This document shows positions 60,780-64,000 of a stretch of DNA of 64,000 nucleotides, piece after piece. Numbering within the stretch: the first letter of the stretch is position 1; the number at the start of each line of letters is the position of its first letter. Origin of the DNA: Paraphysomonas bandaiensis (Eukaryota; Protista; Chrysophyceae); contig CBFFRP010000406.1 in NCBI GenBank assembly GCA_965644295.1, positions 372,001 through 436,000 on the forward strand, given 5' to 3'. The notes under the pieces are model-generated. The model had not been told where the DNA came from. It worked only from the letters and a program-made list of their open reading frames with translations, and ran no database searches. The translations under genes and the position numbers were made by a program.

Positions 60780-61856
60780 AAATTACGAGTGCGAACCCTT
60801 CAAGGGTAACAACATACAACATTACATACATGTAACATCACACATACACTTACTATTTCTGTAAACTGCTTCTTGCCAGAAATGTCCACAGCAGCGCGCA
60901 AGCTTCTGATTTCTTCAGGACGTAGGTGATCTTTCGATTCTCGCAAACTAGTTTCAAACAGAAACACATAACAAAAACTCACTAGTACTAAATGCTACTT
61001 ACAGCTCAACGATATAATCATCCAACTGTTCTTTAGATGCACCTGTGGACTCATCCCAATTCATGTCCCATGATACTTGCATGGTTCCTCCATACTCAAC
61101 AGGTATCTGATCAGCATCAATATGCTCCAAAACACTAGGAAGAAAATCCTTCCCTAAAATCATGAACTTTTCACTTGTTCGCGCATCAATAAATGGCTTA
61201 AATATTGCATACAGAGCAGGAAAATACCACGGACAATTGATGATGATGAGCTTGTGTAACCTTTCCGGAAAATAATTTTGGTCGATGTCAAGTATCTGAC
61301 GAATGTATCGGATACTTTCCATATCTAGCGATATGCTTACATGGCTCATGTCATTGACAACGATGCATTTCTGAATGTCTTTACCGAATTTCTCTGAAGC
61401 ATATTTGTATCGACTCGAGAAAATGTTGTTGCTTAGGACATGATACTGTACAAGTTCGTCAACAGTAAAATGCTGTAAAACTGTGGGAAAATAAGACTGA
61501 ACTCTTCCTGTTTGTTCCCAGTAGATAGGATACCCCTCTTTGCTGAAGCCCTGATGAGCAACTGGAAATAGATTGCCATGCGGGTGTGCGTCTAGATAAG
61601 AGGGAGTCGCAAGTAATGTCAGTGGACTGAGAGGGATGTTATGTAAAGGAAGAGGATCCATCAGTGTGTGTCTCCACTCATACCACTTTAAAACCATCTC
61701 CGATGCCTTGTCGATGCTACCTGCTCTCGCTCGAAGGAACCGCACGCAGTCTCCATCACTCAGAGCGCCGCTGATCTTACTTCCCACTGCATCTCTCAGG
61801 TCTGATATGTATGGCCTGTGGGCAGCGCTGTCATTGGTGAACACAGGATGAGACAT
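60780..61856 (-). CDS. SEC14/CRAL-TRIO lipid-binding protein
   Basis: CRAL-TRIO_N DGDCVRFLRAR...ASEMVLKWYEWR, then GFSKEGYPIYWE, QNYFPERLHKLIIINCPWYF and QIPVEYGG. Small 3' exon(s) below 61000, so the end is approximate. Confidence 0.9.
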
Positions 61857-62218
61857 GTTTACTGATACGTATGAATCACTGATAGCTGAGGATGCGACGC
61901 TGTTAATGGAGCTGCTGAGGGGATCGCGCTGCGCTGGGATGACTGCGTGTGTCTGTTTATACACTGCAGTGTATCCACCATAGCGGAATACGTAAAGTAC
62001 AGGAAATCATAGGGATCGTAGCCCGTTTAATACTTCATCCGGTCGAAGGATATATTATATCCAATGAGAGAAATTTAAACGACAACACTGTCAATTCATT
62101 CGTCATAGTCCGTCACGGGACGGAGACGGTATTCTCTACCCGTACAGTCATCTGGCTGTGCTTCTATGCAGGTCGATCTCTACTTGTACCCAACACAGTC
62201 ATAGAGTTCGAACAGCAA

Positions 62219-63869
62219 TGGATGCCGCCCCCTATTCATCACAGTAGACTCATTCCCTGGCCCAGAGGCCCTTCAAGCATATCAGTGCTGTTTCTCCTCT
62301 GCGTTGTGATCGAATCAGTGCCGTATAATTCTCTGCTATCGTCTACTTTTACGAACACTGATCAGAGCTTTGAACTCTCTTATTTGGACGGGACTCGACT
62401 ATTCGGAAATATATGCAATGACGTGGTGAGTATAGGCGAATTCAAGTGTGTGACTAGCTTCGGATGTATATCTCCCCATCACGTAAACTTCCTCTTCTCG
62501 AGCGAGGCCAGTGGTATTCTCGGTATGGGTTTCGCCAGCAATGATAAAGGCATCGCCTCCACTAATTTGTTCCGAGCCATAACGAGTAATGCATCTTATC
62601 CATCTTCCCCACCTGAAAAAGTGTTTACTTTGGTGATCGACAAATATCTTGGGGGCGGAGTTCTGCAGCTAGGTGGATATGACTTGCATAACATCGGGGT
62701 TGATGTCAACCGGGCTTTTGATGTATATATCCTCAATGAATGTGATCAAAGTTATGTTGGTACAAAGTCTTCTATGGATTGCCCCTTCAAGCACTTTCGC
62801 GTGGCGATTGACTATTTGAAATTAGGTATGAATATGGTAGCATGTGTAGCTTTTGAACTTCTGATTGCTAACACTGATATATATATAGGAGGCCATGTTA
62901 TTTATGACAGTAGTACACTGGACAAGAAACTCACTGCAGTGGTGGACTCTGGAACTACTTGTCTGGTGCTTCCATCCAGGGCAGGGACTGAGAGGGTGTA
63001 TACAGGTGAAACCTCATTGTGTTTCACTGCTGTGGATCACACGCATACCGATTTCTTGTATATCTTCTCCGTATTTTAGGAATATTCTGGTTTTCATGAT
63101 GTGTCGTAGATGTGTACAAGTCCTTTTTGCAAAGATTGAGGTCTATTGGGGACTTGTCCACATCTAAGCCCTCTATCTATGTTGGAATTGGAGGCAGTGA
63201 AGTCGAAATACTCTTTGATACATATAGTCTTGCACTAAATTCGGAGAGCGCAGAATGGCTAGACCACGATGTGTACCACAGTTACCCTGTTGGGAGCGGT
63301 AACGGCACCATGTCTGATAACTCTGTGGACGATGGTCGCTACTATAGTCGTGCAGATGCCAAAAGTGATGCATACGCGTCGGATTCTCCACACCCTGTTT
63401 GCGTAATCACAGTTCCAGATTTTCCTGATTTATTTATCCTCGGAGATGTATTTATGCAGAATAGTGCCATTATTCATAACATGAGTGACCCTCAAAAACC
63501 CTTTATCACTATAATTCCTAGAATAGGGAGTACAAGCCGAATTCGAAACAGTCGACTCAATGAATTATCTCATTCAGAAACCCATGGCCTCGCATTGAAT
63601 CGGAATAGCTTGTCTAGTACAGGACCTGTTGTATCTCTATCGCTACAGCGACGAAATATATTGAAGAGAAACTTGATTGAACGGTTCTCTCGCGAAGCCA
63701 GTATGAATAATATTATAAAGAATAGAAGCACAACTTCTGACGTGATGTCATCAGTACGTCTTGAAGATATGATGGGCATCGAATATGTAGCAAGTATAGA
63801 AGTTGGAACCCCTCCTCAGAGAAACATTAGTATGATTGTGGACACGGGCTCAGGATCCATGGCTTTAAT
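62219..63869 (+). CDS. Pepsin-family (A1) aspartic protease-like protein, partial at right edge
   Basis: YNSLLSSTF, FELSYLDG, SGILGMGF, GVLQLGG, AVVDSGTT, FILGDVFM, then EYVASIEVGTPPQ...VDTGSG followed by a GTGAGT donor at 63870. Confidence 0.85.
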
Positions 63870-64000
63870 GTGAGTTGATATCGTTATATATAAAATTGCT
63901 CTGTTCATCTTATGCTATGCATGTGTATCAGCCGCGACTGCTATTGTCTGTTTTTTTGCTTATGATATCACCTGCTAATTATTGTCATGGCAGTACGGAG

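Noticed and set aside
61949-62218. Apparent overlap of the SEC14 and protease ORFs
   Set aside because: Arises from non-ATG starts in the ORF track; the likely ATGs (61856 and 62219) do not overlap.
1-64000. tRNA/rRNA genes or an alternative genetic code
   Set aside because: No RNA gene recognised by eye. Conserved genes translate with the standard code once introns are removed and use TAA, TAG and TGA as stops.

Overview
Eukaryotic nuclear DNA, AT-rich, with many short GT-AG introns (about 43-130 nt). It is probably from a protist of stramenopile type, which is an inference from gene content and intron style. About 16 protein-coding genes are visible, mostly in head-to-head pairs: an unknown >960-aa helical protein running off the left edge, a METTL27-like methyltransferase, a PLOD/LH3-type glycosyltransferase, a sulfotransferase, a kinesin-14-like protein with a degenerate nucleotide-binding site, a SHIPPO-motif protein, RPN13/ADRM1, an intronless Crinkler-type NTPase plus restriction-endonuclease-like protein, a SMARCAL1-like SNF2 ATPase, a B-box/IQ/pseudo-phosphatase, a large coiled-coil protein, a SEC14/CRAL-TRIO protein and an oddly ordered pepsin-like protease. 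Transposons are layered between the genes. There is an intact, very young Ty1/copia element (identical 321-bp LTRs, non-canonical TG...TA ends, GGTAC target duplication) inserted into a decayed hAT-like transposase, a diverged solo LTR of the same lineage, an old copia remnant, a piggyBac-like element nested in a hAT-type MITE, and a free copy of that MITE. The strongest leads are the Vik1/Cik1-like pseudo-kinesin, the TG...TA copia lineage with an extra domain behind its integrase, the Crinkler-like NTPase-nuclease, the apparently permuted aspartic protease and the Cys-to-Ser pseudo-phosphatase. All family assignments are by-eye motif recognition; no database search was run.
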